This document shows, piece after piece, positions 1-14,889 of a stretch of 64,000 bases of DNA. Position 1 is the stretch's first letter, and every line of letters starts with the position of its first letter. The notes under the pieces are model-generated. The model searched no databases, was not told where the DNA came from, and saw only the letters and a program-made list of their open reading frames with translations. Both the position numbers and the translations under genes were made by a program. The DNA is from the human T2T-CHM13v2.0 reference genome, Homo sapiens. Where the stretch lies: NCBI RefSeq assembly GCF_009914755.1, contig NC_060926.1. One strand, 5' to 3'.

Positions 1-71
1 TGGGAGAATGGATGAACTAAGACTGTGAGGGTACAAGAGGAGCTGAAAGGAGAGAAAGTATAGTCACAGAA

Positions 72-433
72 TGTATTCATTTGTTTTCACACTGCTGATA
101 AAGACATACCTGAGACTGGACAATTTACAAAGGAAAGAGGTTTAATGGAGAACTCACAGTTCCACATGGCCGGGGAGGCCTCACAATCATGGTGGAAGGT
201 GAGGAAGAGCAAGTCACATCTTACATGGATGGCAGCAGGCAAAGGGAGAGCCTGTGCAGTCAAACTCCTGTTTCTAAGACTTCAGATGTCATGAAACTTA
301 TTCACTATCATGAGAACAGCACAGGAAAGACCCACCCCCGTGATTCAATTCACTGAGTCCCTCCCACAACACATGGGAATTATGGGAGGGATAAGATGAG
401 ATTTGAGTGGGGACACAAAGCCAAACCATATCA
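72..433 (-). mobile_element. THE1 (THE1A/B-like) solo LTR, ERVL-MaLR
   Basis: Reverse complement runs TGATATGGTTTGGC...TACA. 5-bp TSD CAGAA/CAGGA at 67-71 and 434-438. Confidence 0.9.
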
Positions 434-671
434 CAGGACAAAGCTGGATTTAAATGCCACAGAGAGATGACTCCTGGTGCAGCCATGGATGTGAGTGCTG
501 GAGTGGAGGACAGATGCAGGCCATTCGAGTCATGAAGGTAGGGAACAAGAGGAGAGGGCAGTGGATATGAAGCCTCATTCTCATTGGGGGAGTTTTAAAA
601 AAATACTGACTGACACCCATGTTCTATCCCCAGCAATGCCCATGGGTCTGGGCAATGAGGTATATTTTGTT

Positions 672-943
672 TCTTGTTTTTTTTTAGTTGTAAAATATGT
701 GTAACATAAAATATTCTATTTTAACCATTTTTAAATTTACAGTTCTGTGGCATTCAGACCATTCACATTGTTGTGCAACTATCACCATCAGCTATCTCCA
801 GAACTTTTTTGTCTTCCCCAACTGAAACTCCATACCCATTAAACAATGACTTCCCATTCCACCCGCCCCCCAACATCCCAGGCCCCTGGAAACCAACATT
901 CTACTTTCTGTCTCTATGAATTTGACTATCGTAGGAACCTCAT
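672..943 (-). mobile_element. L1MB-type 3' end fragment, apparently inserted in a MER5-like element (about 585-1020)
   Basis: T-rich tail followed by ACATTGTTGTGCAACTATCACC...CATTCTACTTTCTGTCTCTATGAATTTGACT, typical of L1MB 3' UTR. Confidence 0.8.
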
Positions 944-1299
944 TCTAGGTACCTCAAACCTGATATTGTTTGAAAACTTCCTTGATGAGTCTAATATGCA
1001 GCCACTGTTAAGAAGTATTGTGCTATGATGCTGGCTGTTTCAACTATGTGGACCATGAAGTTCCCTGGGGCCATGCCAATCCTTGGAGACAGGAAGAAGA
1101 TTATGAGGCAGATAAAGTCTTCAGTAAATAAGCTACATGAAAATCATGATGGAAAAAGGGTAGCAGAAACCTCAAAAGGGTCAGGTTGTTATATAAAGCA
1201 CAGGGGTGCTAGGCTGGAAATGTGAGCCAAGATGGCATAAAGATTTCAACCCAAGTCTGATTGCAAAGTCCAGCTTCCTTCTGTTATACCAGTGGTTCT

Positions 1300-2140
1300 T
1301 TCATTCAATAAATATTTGTTGAGTACCTGTGATGTGCTAAGCAGTGTCCTAGGCACAAATTTCCTGTTCACATGGAGTTTATATTCTGTCAGGGAGTCAG
1401 ATAATGAACCTGAGAATAAATAGATCAATACGAATTTTAAGTAGTAAAATGAAACAGAGTAATGAGGTAGAGAGTGAGTTGGGTCATTGAGAAAGGCTTT
1501 TCTGAGGAAGCGATCCTCCAGGGAAGCCTGAATGATGAAACAGAGGCCATGATGTCAAGTGCAAAGGCCCTGAGACAGAAATAAGTTTGGTGCACTCAAA
1601 AAACCAAAAGAAAGCCTGGGTAGCTAGCACATGGGAGTGAGAGAGTGAGCTGTGAGCTGAGATAGCTGGGAACCAGATGAAGCTCTTGTAGGCCAAGGAA
1701 AGAAATTGGGGATCAATTGTCCTTGTAGAAAGATGCTATTCAAGGGTATCAAAAATCAGATTGGCTGCCTTAAGAAGAAGGAACAAGGGGCAAAAGTAGA
1801 AGTAGGGAGACCAATGAACACCATTGCAGTAGCTCAGAGAAGAGATAGTGCTGGCTTAGACTAGGATTAGTGGCAGTGGCAATGGTGAGAAGTGGCAGAA
1901 TCATATCTTTCATAGGTAAAGCCAGCATAGGATTTGAGGGAAAGAGGAGTAACTCCTAGGTTTAGGCCAAGCATCTGGATGGATGATGGTGCCATTTACT
2001 GAAGGAAGAGGAGGTTTTGAGGGGATAAAAAAATTCCACTGGGGTCAAGTTAAGTTGAAGATGCTTATTAGATATCCATAGAGATGGTGAAAAGTGTTGT
2101 GTATACAAGTCTAGAATTCAGGGGAGAAGTCAGGTCTAAA
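1300..2140 (-). mobile_element. L2 LINE 3' fragment
   Basis: TTCATTCAATAAATATTTGTTGAGTACC terminus followed by a purine-rich L2 body (GCAAAGGCCCTGAG, GGTGCCATTTACTGA). Confidence 0.8.
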
Positions 2141-2159
2141 CTTACAGACTTGTGAGTGT

Positions 2160-2262
2160 GCTTAAGCATCACTTGGAGAGTTGTTAAAAATGGTGATTCT
2201 CAGCCTCCACCCCTGGGGATTCTCTTAAGTAATTCTGGGGAGGGTGGGGTTGCACTTCTAAT
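2160..2262. mobile_element. MER5A-like hAT-Charlie fragment
   Basis: CATCACTTGGAGAGTTGTTAAAAATG...GATTCTCAGCCTCCACCCC resembles MER5A. Confidence 0.5.
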
Positions 2263-4092
2263 TCGCTCAAATTTGATGGTTCCCTTAAATCCTGCACTCT
2301 ACCATTCCACTTCCTCTGGTTGAGGTTAATCCACTAAACAGCTCTTTAGCCACTTAACTATATATATATTTTTTCCATCTTATTCAAATATTTTTCATTG
2401 TTTTATGTAAATATATAGTATTAAATTATTATCAATATGTTCTAATATATTATTTATTATAAATATAACCATATATTAATATATTACATGAATGCATTGA
2501 TCTAATGATTACATATAAATTTATTTCTCATATTTTTCATCTCAGTCACAAAATGAGAGATACTTCCTTTAAAAGCCTTTAAAGGAAGTTGGCCTACTTT
2601 ATCTCTGGAATTCCCTTATCTGTCTAACTTGAGAAAGAAAGAAAGAGAGAGAGTGAAAGGTGAAGAGTTGGTTGCACTGAAATGAATTATTTTTATTGTG
2701 AGTCCATGTGCTTCCCAAATCAACAAGACTTTGTCTACTTCTGGGGGTTCATATACCACGTTAGAATCCACTCCAAAATTAAGCAGAAGATCATCAATCT
2801 TAGTCTTCTATATTTGTCAGAATTCTCTTTTTTGATATCAAGACAGAATAGTCCTACAATCTTCGGACCATCTGCCATTCTCCATCATTTCTCAAAAATG
2901 GCTGACTGCTTCTATTAACTCCATCTCACAGTTGCAAATTATTTCCCCTCAGTGCTGGATGCTCTGACTGAGCCAATGCAGTTTATCTGAGAGCTGACTT
3001 ACTTGCCTCTCACAGCATTCAGCAGCCTGCTGGGCTTGCCTATCTGAAGACCATTCTCCTTAACAGGAACTTGGAAGCCTCACAGGACAAGACTCTGTTT
3101 GCTCTGGGGCAGGTCTTCCCACTCAGCCAGGGGACCATTCTTTTTGTTCCCCATCCACCCCCCAACTCCAGAAAAAGTCCTTTTTCATCGTTCTTTCTGT
3201 TTTGGACTGTACTGAGGTATTATTTGATTTAGTTGGGTTTTTCTTTGTTTTGTGTTGGTTTTGCAAACCCCAGATCCACTCCCAACTTTAGTCCTCCTGT
3301 CACAATTTCCACAGCATCATCACATTTTTAAGTGTACTTTTGGCTGTGCGACCCTCTTCTCATTTTGTGTGCCTGTCTTTTTAATAGACCTCTAACTTCT
3401 AGGCACCTACCTATGTTCATTATCTCACCAAAGCAGATGTTTTAAGGTACCCTTATTCCAGAGTGAACATTTACAAACCATTATGGGGTGATTGATGGGT
3501 ACAGGTTTCCATATATGCCAGCCGATCAGGAAGTCTGCCACAAGGCTGTTCTCATTATTCAACAGTCTTTGTGGCTATTTCGATTACTGCTCAGGTGAGG
3601 TCAGGGGTAGATATGACTCAGGTCCACGACAACTGACCTCAATATCTCTCCAAGGCTGGTTTAATGGTTAAGATAAAAGGAATTCTGGAAACAAAGTTCC
3701 AGGAGATTTTGTGGTAGAATAAATGATGGTGGTGAATAGGGACATGCACTTGCCATTAAAAGTGGCATGTTTATGGGGTGCTGACAGAGTTTATGGGGTG
3801 CGTGCCTTCAGGTACCAGCCAGACCCATGCTTTTCCTAATGCTTTCAGCCTTTTCCCAAAGGTTTGGACAACACAGCTGGACAAAGCTGCCAGGGGAATT
3901 CCTCAAGTTGAAGGTTGCTTTTATGTTTTACCAATGTTCCCTTCCACTGTCAGCACTAGAGCATGAGAAGGCATTCTCTTCAGATATGACCCTGGGATCA
4001 GGACTGCCACCCCACACAACTCTGGAGGGCCTCATGCACATGGAATTCTATGTTGCATCCCAGAGAACGCACTCCTACAAACCAGAGTAAGA

Positions 4093-4128
4093 ATGGCACC
4101 CCCTGGAGCCATGGCACCCCCTGGAGCC
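4093..4128. repeat. Perfect 18-bp tandem duplication (ATGGCACCCCCTGGAGCC)x2
   Basis: Read directly at 4093-4110 and 4111-4128. Confidence 0.95.
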
Positions 4129-4314
4129 GTGCTATCCAGAGGCCCTGCAAGGACCCCAGCCTTATGCCACATCTCTTACCGTGGCCCCTGCCATATTATG
4201 CAGCTCAGTCAGCTACTGAACATAAAAGCACTTCACCACAGACAGTCAGTGCCATAGTACAGGTTCTACGAGGCAGCTGTAACAACAACTTCCATGGAAA
4301 TAGTATTTTACATT

Positions 4315-4510
4315 TCTTTGAGTGCACCTGGTCACGGCCATACGCCTTAAAAAATTCCTCTGTGGCAAGCATGGTAAAGCAGACATGGTTGCCCTATTTT
4401 ATCCTCTCTGAAGACAGCTTTGGAGAAGTTAATTCTTATTCAAGGCTACAGAGTTCTGTGGCCTTAGGCCTGGATTTCTCCTTCTGCATCCAATGCTCCT
4501 TCCATTATCC
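4315..4510 (-). mobile_element. MIR fragment
   Basis: Degenerate MIR core: CCCTATTTTA...GAGAAGTTAATTCTTATTCAAGGCTACAGAG. Confidence 0.5.
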
Positions 4511-5036
4511 CTTGCTGCCAAGTTTGGACTAGTTGAATGCAGAACTCTGATTCTATTTTAGACCTAGTATGTTGAATCTTTGTTCTCTGAAATTCTACCA
4601 ATTATATTTCAGTCCTTTAATTAAGATCTTGGATTTTTATTAAGACGTCAATTCTTGACTTCACCTCCTTATCTTCCTTGGTTCTTATATGATTTAAGAC
4701 CTCTGTAACTCTGTGTAGCAAAAAACCCAGCTTGATCCAGGCTTTTTGTTTTGTTTTGTTTTGTTTTTTAACAAAACGGGGGATAATGGAGTATTTCATT
4801 GAGCTCAAAGTATAGAATGCAGCTGGGTCTCAAAAGTAAGCTGAAAGGAAGAATTGGTCTCTGCATTTCTGTGCATATGTTTTATTCCTTCTGAGTAGAT
4901 TGTTTTACTCTACCTCTCAATCCTCATGGTGAAAGAGTCATCAAGGCCTTCAGAGATTTATGTACTGAAATGCAGTTGTTTCAAAATGATCCATCTGTTT
5001 CCATCTGTCCCAACTCTAACTCTGCCTGAGAAGTGA

Positions 5037-5746
<710 letters not shown>

Positions 5747-6834
5747 TATGGACACCGCATGGCAGGTCCCCAAAACTGGGAAGCAGCAGGGAGTGAAGGT
5801 TGGAAGCGGGCCTTGACAAGGTCCCCATGGCCAGAAATATACCTAACTAAGCCCCTGCCCTTTGTGCTCAGGGTGGGCCTATACCAGGCTTCACCCCTGT
5901 GTAGAGCTCCATTCAAATTCTTATGCTGGGTTCCAATCTGGGCCCTCTTGCCTGCCCATATCACATTTTCTCTACCCTGCCCCACTAATCTTGTTTTATC
6001 CTGTGCTGACTGAATTCAATTTTCCTTCTGGCCAAGCATGCAGACAATACCCGTAAGGACTCCATATTCTCAAACCTACCCTCCTCCACTGGGTTTGTAT
6101 CCCAAGGCCACTTGGTCATCGCTCAACAACAGGCTCTCTGCAGTACCACTCAACATGAATGAGATTGTGGAATCCACTCCAGCCCCTCCAGTACTTCCAG
6201 TATGCAGTATGGCCCAGCTGGCCATAGGTCAATGGTTTTATTTCACCCTCCAAATAATCTTTCCCTCATCTTATTTCTCACTTCCCTCCCTTTACACTCT
6301 CATTCTACTTTCACTCGTGCATCCTACACTCACTGCATACCTCCCCCAATCTATACCCTTTCCACCTTCCTGTGTTACTATTGCATTGACTTATCTGTCA
6401 ATTTCTAGCCAATCATAACATCATCTTTCTCGAAACCCACATTCTTAGCCTACATTATTTTTGCTATTCTTTTTATGCATACGTTTAGGGAGAGCAGTTA
6501 GTGCTCTCTACAAACTCACTAAAACAGACAAATGCCCTTAGAAGAAAATGACAATTCTCAAAGTATACATTAATGAAACTCAAAAAATTCCAATTTTCAT
6601 CAACCCATACAAATTGATAGTAAAGTTAATTTGGAAGAGGAAATACTTAGGATACCTGAGAAATTTTTGTAAAATAAATTTGAGAGGGGAATTTGTGTTA
6701 CCAGATTCAAATATATTTTAAAGCAACTCTAACTAAAACAACAGAGTATTGTTATAAATAGATTAATGAAACAGAAGGTACATAAACAGGCTCATGAATA
6801 TATGGGTAGTTAGCGACTTAAAATTAGTAAGGCA

Positions 6835-7149
<315 letters not shown>

Positions 7150-7862
7150 TTAGTAAGGCAAGGAGGGCTGACTCATTAAATGATGTGGAGGCCATCAGGA
7201 ACCGTTTGGAGAGGAATAAGTTAGACTCTTATCTCACATAAGACCCCAAGACAAAATGATGATTTATTAAAGAGTTCAATATTTTTAAAAACCTGATAGC
7301 TGCTAGAAGTAAATATAGGAGAATATGTTTATCATCTTGGAGTGGAAGATATTTTTCTTATCAGCACACAAAGGTAAAAAACCATAAAGGATAAGATTAA
7401 TAGATTTTACCAAAAAATATAGAACTTCTGTATGATACCATATGTCATAGAGTAAAAAAATTTTAGAAAATTATTTTCAGCTTCTAGCATAAACAATATA
7501 TAAAAAGTATGTATGGCTTAGTAAGGAAGGTGTAAAAACTCCAGTTGAAAATAAGAAAAGGAAATTAAAAAAGAATTTTTTAAAAAAGAACATATATAAC
7601 TACATGAAAAGATGACCGATCATTATTAATCCAAGAAATAACAAATTAAAAGTTAGTTTTATCTGAGCCTCTGACAAATATTGAAGGAACAGCTTAAACT
7701 TAAATGAAATGGCTGATATTCATACTGCAGTGTGGGTAAACAGCACTTTCACATATTATTGGTAAAACCAGAAAGAGGTGAATAATTTTAAAACAATTTT
7801 CTAACACACATCAATTTATCAGTTTGCTAATATATGTAAAAATTTTAATACCACTTTTAGGA

Positions 7863-8173
<311 letters not shown>

Positions 8174-10714
8174 CACTTTTAGGATTTTATCTTACAGAAA
8201 TACTCTCATTAGCATCTAAAGATACATGGACCAAGATGTTCTCAGAAACATTATTTGTAAAACCAAATAACTGAAGGTTATTTAAACACATTTCAGTAGG
8301 AGAACAGTTAAATAAATTTTGGTCCAATCATACTACGGAATGCCAAAAAAAGAGTTAAAAAGATAGAGATAAATGTGTACTTACTGCTCCTGAAGAGTGT
8401 CCATGATATATTGTTAAGTGAAAAAGCTAGGCATAAAACAGTATGCGTAGTACTGGTCCATTTCTGTAAAATAAGAATGTATTTGAATATGAATGGAAAA
8501 GAGCCTGCAATGATATACACGAAGCTGTTAACAGTGGTTATCTTGAGATGAGGAAATTATGTATTTACTTTATACATCTCTGTTATTTGAATGTTATAAG
8601 ACAAGCTTATATTCTGTGTCTATTCAGAAAAAAAGTTTTGAAAAATATTTACTGAGTAAGTACCCCTGGCTCTCCATCTCTGGCCAGAGTCTACCATGTC
8701 ATCCATCAGGGTCTTGAACTCAGTGATGGCTATGTGGAATCATCTTTCAATGGCTAAATCTGGGGTGCCCTTCAAATCTCCCAAATTCTTAAAAGATGCA
8801 AAAATAGTCATTGCACCCAAACAGTTCTTATAGTGAACCTGAAAGAGCTGCGCTATCAATTTTGCACAGGATAATGCCGATACATTTTGTTCTGTTCAAG
8901 TTTGGCAATTGTTGAAAACAACGTGTGTGTGTGTGCATGTGTGTGTATGCTAAGCAAACTTAAGAGGACTTGCCTTCCTTTTATCCCTGAAAGTCAAAAA
9001 GAGACTTAACAGGCCAAGAATCTTATATCAAGCACCTGAACTAACATTTGAGATCTGGGTCAAAAGGAGAATCGACTAATAGTTGGCATTTTTTCAAAGG
9101 TTTTTCAAGTGATGCCAAATAATTAGAATGAGATCATGTTAGAGGCATTCAGACAGAGTCCCTTTGGGGACAAGAGGCAGAGGATGGAGGAGGAGGACAA
9201 AGATCCTACCCTTTATTCCTCATCCCCACATTTGATTTTGTTTGTCATCAGTTGTCCCTTATTAGCATGGACTCTCCTTTTTCCATGGAAATTTATCTAA
9301 TTTAATTGCAGAACATGCAAGACGGGCAATCCATCTTGCCCCACTGTCCATGTAAACAATACAGAAGGGTGGACTGTTTTCTCTAGCTATGTCTCTGGCA
9401 GCCTGTTCACTTTCAAATTAAAGGAATTAGAGGGTAAACATGGTAACCACAATTAAGATATTTTTAGAAACATAAAATCCTCTAGAAAACATGACACTAA
9501 TACTGGTATTATGATTGAAGTTAGGAATTATGGTTATTAGAAGCTTTGCAGTTTAAGTGCCTCATAAATCTAATCGCCTCACACATCCACTAATTCTGTT
9601 GCTATATTTACTGCAGACATCTATGATGACAGACAGTACCTTTGAGAAGGGCCAGATAAACAAAATATTTTACATACTCAAGCTTCTCAGTGTCTAATGG
9701 ATTCATATCATGGAGAGAAAAAGGCTTCATTAAAGGAACTGCACCAGGTGCTGAGAGCCGATTTACCATGGAGATTTGATCTGAGTTATCTTCTCCTATT
9801 TAATGGGAATACTGCTGTTTCACTCCCGGAGTCCTGAGCACAGAATGGACAGGGAGGGCCAGAGGAGGGGGTGGCAGGGTGCAGGGGAGGACATGGTAAG
9901 CTGACAACTCTGTAGATATGCAACTTTCCCCGACAACTTGGAAACTATCTGGAAGAAATATTATGTAAAACCTGGTGGCACGTGTTACATGTCCAGGATC
10001 CTTAGAATATCCATTGTTATTGGAAAGATTTCTCAACGAGGAGCGAATTGCACAAAGTAACCCCAGAATCCTCCTCTCCTGATGCAACTACGCTGTGGGT
10101 GCCTGCATGACCTTGAGAAGGAAACAAAATGAGGTAGGAAGTTATTATCACCAGACGTCAGAGCAGAGATGGAACCATTTTAGTATTATGGCTGACCTTT
10201 GGCCATTTCTTGAAATCAAATGCGATGCTTACTGCTGAAATCCTAATTTTATAGATTAAAATTTATGCCTGAGAATGTTACTGTGTGGTAGGTGGCAAAT
10301 TAGGAACATTTTTAAGGCTATGAATTCCTTTTGGTTTTTCTTCCAGCACCATTGTAAATGCAGAAATACTGCCACAGTGGCTGAGACATGCCCAGTAGTC
10401 TTGCCTCCCAATCCCACACACCCACCACAAACTCTACTGGATTACTCACATTACCTGTGGGCAGAAATCACAACTTCTCAATCTTCCTAGCCCTTAAGAG
10501 AGTGGCCCTTTCACGTTTCAGACAATACATGTGATTAATGGAGAAGGCCACACAAGGGAACATGCCAGAGAGGGGGCATGCTACAGTCCTGACCACACTG
10601 ACAATTCCAGCTTAGATTTTGAGTGTGTGTTTGTGAGCAGGAACAATGCTCGCCGCGTGTGTACATGTGTGTGAGTGCAGGGTGACAAGCTTCAGCAATC
10701 CAGGGAAAAATGAT

Positions 10715-10975
10715 GGCATCTGGAACCAGGAAGAGGCCATGGGGAATACGTAAGCAAAAGAAGACAGATTAAAAGGACATTGAGAAAGTAGAATTGGCAG
10801 GACTTGGCTATTGTCTGGGTGTGCCAAGCAGAGGAGTGTGAGGAATCAAAGATGGCAGCTGGGTTTGTTTCTGGCTTCTGCAACTCATTACATGGTAGAA
10901 ACAGGTTTGGGGAGAAAAATGATGGATTTAGTTATAAACATACTGAGCTTAAAATGCCTGTGGCTATCAAGATGG
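10715..10975 (-). mobile_element. L2 fragment
   Basis: GTAGAATTGGCAGGACTTGG...GGAATCAAAGATG...TTTCTGGCTT are L2 motifs. Confidence 0.6.
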
Positions 10976-12478
10976 GGAAGACCAACAGTACTAATAAGGT
11001 ACAAGAACAGCCAAAATAAAAATAAGAGAATGAAGCTGGGAAAAAAGAACAGAAAATTGATTTTTGTAGCTGAAGACTTGATGTACTTTTCTTATAATTA
11101 AAATACTGTTTTGGAAAGGAGAACAATGTAAGAAGTGCCAGAATGATGAACTCTTTGGGGACTAAGTGGCATGATTTTGCCTTAATTCCTAATAAACAGG
11201 TGAGTTTTCATTCTAGGCACCTTTACAAATAAGAATGCCATCCACTTAAATAACTGAGATTCTACCATCTAACAAAAGAAAACAAACAAAAATTTACAAA
11301 ATAAACAAAATCAAAAGTATCTAAAGGAAAACTCTTGTGTTATGAGATTACCACAAACATTCTTATGAAGAATAAAATAACCACATATTTCATGTCATAT
11401 TCCTTCAAAACGTTTTACTGATAGAAATAAAGAATAATCTTTGACCTTCTCTAAATATGTACAATTCTGATAGAAAAAATCAGGGTGTGGAGAAGGCCAG
11501 AGGCATGAATTATGCATGCCACATCATCACACTTGTTCCTCAATATAGAGCTGCAGCTGCTTTGTATGGAAAAAGAAATTAGAATGGAATAGATATTGAA
11601 CAATTTTCTCCATAACTGGTTCTTACTCACCTTAAATGTAAAATTTTATTTAGCTTATTTCAAAGGGAGACATCCTTATTAAGGGAACACATTTACTGGC
11701 ACCTGTTGGAAAGGATTTAATGCAAACAAGCCTGAAATAATTGAAGGAAAAGCACCTTCTGACTGTTCTCAGAAGAGCTTAGCAAAGAAGAGGATGGCAG
11801 GAAAGAATTACTTTATTATATTGATTTTCTTGGAGAAATCAAAGGAGGATAACTCAAATAGACCAATTCACTTTTGCCAAACTCAGTGGAAGCACGTAGA
11901 CGAGCCATGAATTTACGTGTCAAAAACTGTTTGAAATCATTTAGTTGAACATGGAAGTCAGGATTTGCACATTATTACTCTAATAAAATAGCTAATACAA
12001 GAGGATATCTGGCTTCATTTGTACATACTCCCTGTTTTAAATGACTGCAAGTATAATGGGTGTAAGTTTGTCTAACAAAATGTTTACAGTCCAATCAGTT
12101 CATTAACCTGAAATATGAAGAGTGTGATGCGGTTATTGTGGTGCAATAACAAAGACACTGGAGCACAATAAAAGTAATTGGAATACAGTTCTCTCAAAGC
12201 TAAAATCTATTTCTCTTTCACAATGAGTAAAATATTTCAATTTTATAAAGACTTTCCCATAGTAGTTAACATTGGTCATGCATCTGGTGGTTTGTTGTCT
12301 TTTGTGGTACATCAAATAACATCACAAAAGTAATATTAATCTGTAATAAAATGACTTTACATTTACTTCATTTACATTTATTTCACAAACATTCTTTATG
12401 AATATGAAAATTATTTAGTATTTACAGAATTCTAACTCTCCGATTCATTCTTCTGTCTATGACTACGAGAATCCATTT

Positions 12479-12765
12479 CAGCATTTTCCAAAGTGTGTCC
12501 CCTGAAACACTGTTTCCACAGGATGTCAAATGTATGTTACTCAAATAAATGGCACTTCCTAGTAAGATAGGAAGGAGAAAGACTGGGAAACAAAGTTAAA
12601 TGGATTTCTCCATTGCAGAACTTCTCAGATCTTTTCATATATTCATGCACGTGGAAAATCTCCAAGAAAGTATATATACAGGCCACTGAGTTTCCCGAGT
12701 ATTTTCACCTCTCAACCCTCTTTTCTTAATGAGCATCTTTTAGCAATGGCAATCTAGGAACCACT
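12479..12765. mobile_element. hAT-Charlie MITE, MER103-like
   Basis: CAGCATTTTCCAAAGTGTG start. Internal GCAGAACTTCTCAGA and AAATCTCCAAGA. Confidence 0.5.
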
Positions 12766-13338
12766 AACCTGTTTATTTTCATTATCTGGGCCAGGGGGCT
12801 TGAGTAATAAGTGAAATAGACAGGCATAAATGACAATAGGAAGTGGTTCAGTGGGGGTCGGGGATGGGGCACACCAAAGAGTAGTATCCAACTAACAGGG
12901 GCAGTTCTGACTCGGTTTTGATCACAGAAAAGCAGGATAGACATTTCAAATTTTTAAGAGCAGAAGAAAATTTGGATTTTTAAGTGGCTGAATTTGTTTT
13001 TAAAACTCTGTGGCCCAAAAGTGTCTGTTGCAAAATATGGACCTTGAGCCTCCTGATTTAGACTTGTGTCCTAGGATAGCACTTTCGAAACCCATTCTGC
13101 AAAACTTATTGTCCAGAAAAGCCACACCAAATAAAATCTTCTTTAGTTTGCTCAAGGTCATTGTACGTATAAGGCCACTGGTAATGACAGAGGTTGTCTG
13201 GTCACTCTGCTGGCCACTGTTAAAAACCAAGTTATGCAGGAATGACACTGGATCACCTCACTTCCTTGTGGCCTACAGATCAAAACATGCTGCCCAGATC
13301 TCTTTAAATGTGTCCTGTGAATATTAAAAGCACAATCA

Positions 13339-13635
13339 GGCTGGACACGGTGACTCATGCCTGTAACCCCAACACTTTGGGAGGCCAAGGTGGGTGGATC
13401 ACGAGGTCAGGAGATCAAGACCATCCTGGCTAACACAGTGAAACCCCATCTCTGCTAAGAAAGAAAAACAAAAAATTAGTGGGTGTGGTGGATCGCACCT
13501 GTGGTCCCAGCTACTTGGGAGACTGCAGTGGGAGGATTGCTTGAGCCCAGGGAGGTTGAAGATGCAGTGAGCTATAATCATGCCACTGCACTCCAGCCTG
13601 GGTGACAGAGCAACACTCCATTAAAAAAAAAAAAA
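13339..13635 (+). mobile_element. Chimeric Alu: AluY-like left arm, AluJ-like right arm
   Basis: Left arm GGATCACGAGGTCAGGAGATCAAGACCATCCTGGCTAACAC. Right arm GGGAGGATTGCTTGAGCCC...GAGCTATAATC. Degenerate TSD AAAAGCACAATCA/AAAAGAATAATCA. Confidence 0.88.
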
Positions 13636-13685
13636 AAAAGAATAATCAAAGTTGACTAGGAGAAAAGAACAAAATTGATAGTGAA

Positions 13686-14074
13686 TGTATTAGTTTGTTA
13701 GGGCTGCCATAACAAATACCACAGACTGAGTGGCTTAAACAACAGAATTTTATTTCCTCATAGTTCTAGGGGCTAGTAGTCTAGGATCAAGGCCTCAGCA
13801 GGGTTGGTTTCTTCTGAGGCCTCGCCCCTTGGCTTGCAGATGGTCACCTTCTGGCCGTGTCCTCACATGGTTTTCTGTGTTGCCTGTGTCCTAATCCTAA
13901 TTGCTTCCTTCAAAGACATCACTCAGATACACACCCCACCCTAATAACTTTTAGGGTTACTTTACTTTAATTACCTCTTTAAAGGCCTATTGACAAATAC
14001 AGTCAAGGTCTGAGGTACTAGGAGTTAGGACTGTAACATATGAATTTTGGGAGAATGCAATTCAGCCCATAACA
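13686..14074 (-). mobile_element. MLT1A-like solo LTR (ERVL-MaLR)
   Basis: TGTATTAGTTTGTTAGGGCTGCCATAACAAATACCACAGACTG...CAGCCCATAACA. Confidence 0.85.
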
Positions 14075-14143
14075 ATAAATGACCTTACAAAGACAGAACC
14101 CAATAGATCTCTTTTTTTACTTGCATTTATTTTACAAAAATCA

Positions 14144-14650
<507 letters not shown>

Positions 14651-14889
14651 CTAGTGATAGGTGAGAATTTCTAGACAGTGGGAGAACAAGGGAGAGAGGA
14701 TGGTATGGCATGTGTATAGCATGTCCTGCAAATCACATAGCTGAGCTACACCAGAGAAAGTATCAATTCTATGCCAAATTCCCAGAAAGAGTAAAGGGGC
14801 AGGCTGGTAGCTAATAAAGTGTTGGGAAGGTTAAATCCTATCAGATGGGGCTTTGGCTTTTTTTGTTTTTTTTTAAGAGCATTGGCTTT

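Noticed and set aside
2360-2530. Very AT-rich stretch as a matrix-attachment or unwinding element
   Set aside because: Low-complexity AT sequence only, and function is not testable from sequence.
3769-3801. GTTTATGGGGTGC twice, 7 bp apart, with a partial third copy at 3481
   Set aside because: Ordinary short slippage duplication with no other support.
4050-4532. Longest ORF (160 aa) with a GTPWS repeat
   Set aside because: The repeat is just the 18-bp DNA duplication, the 3' half runs through a MIR, and it begins at TTG.
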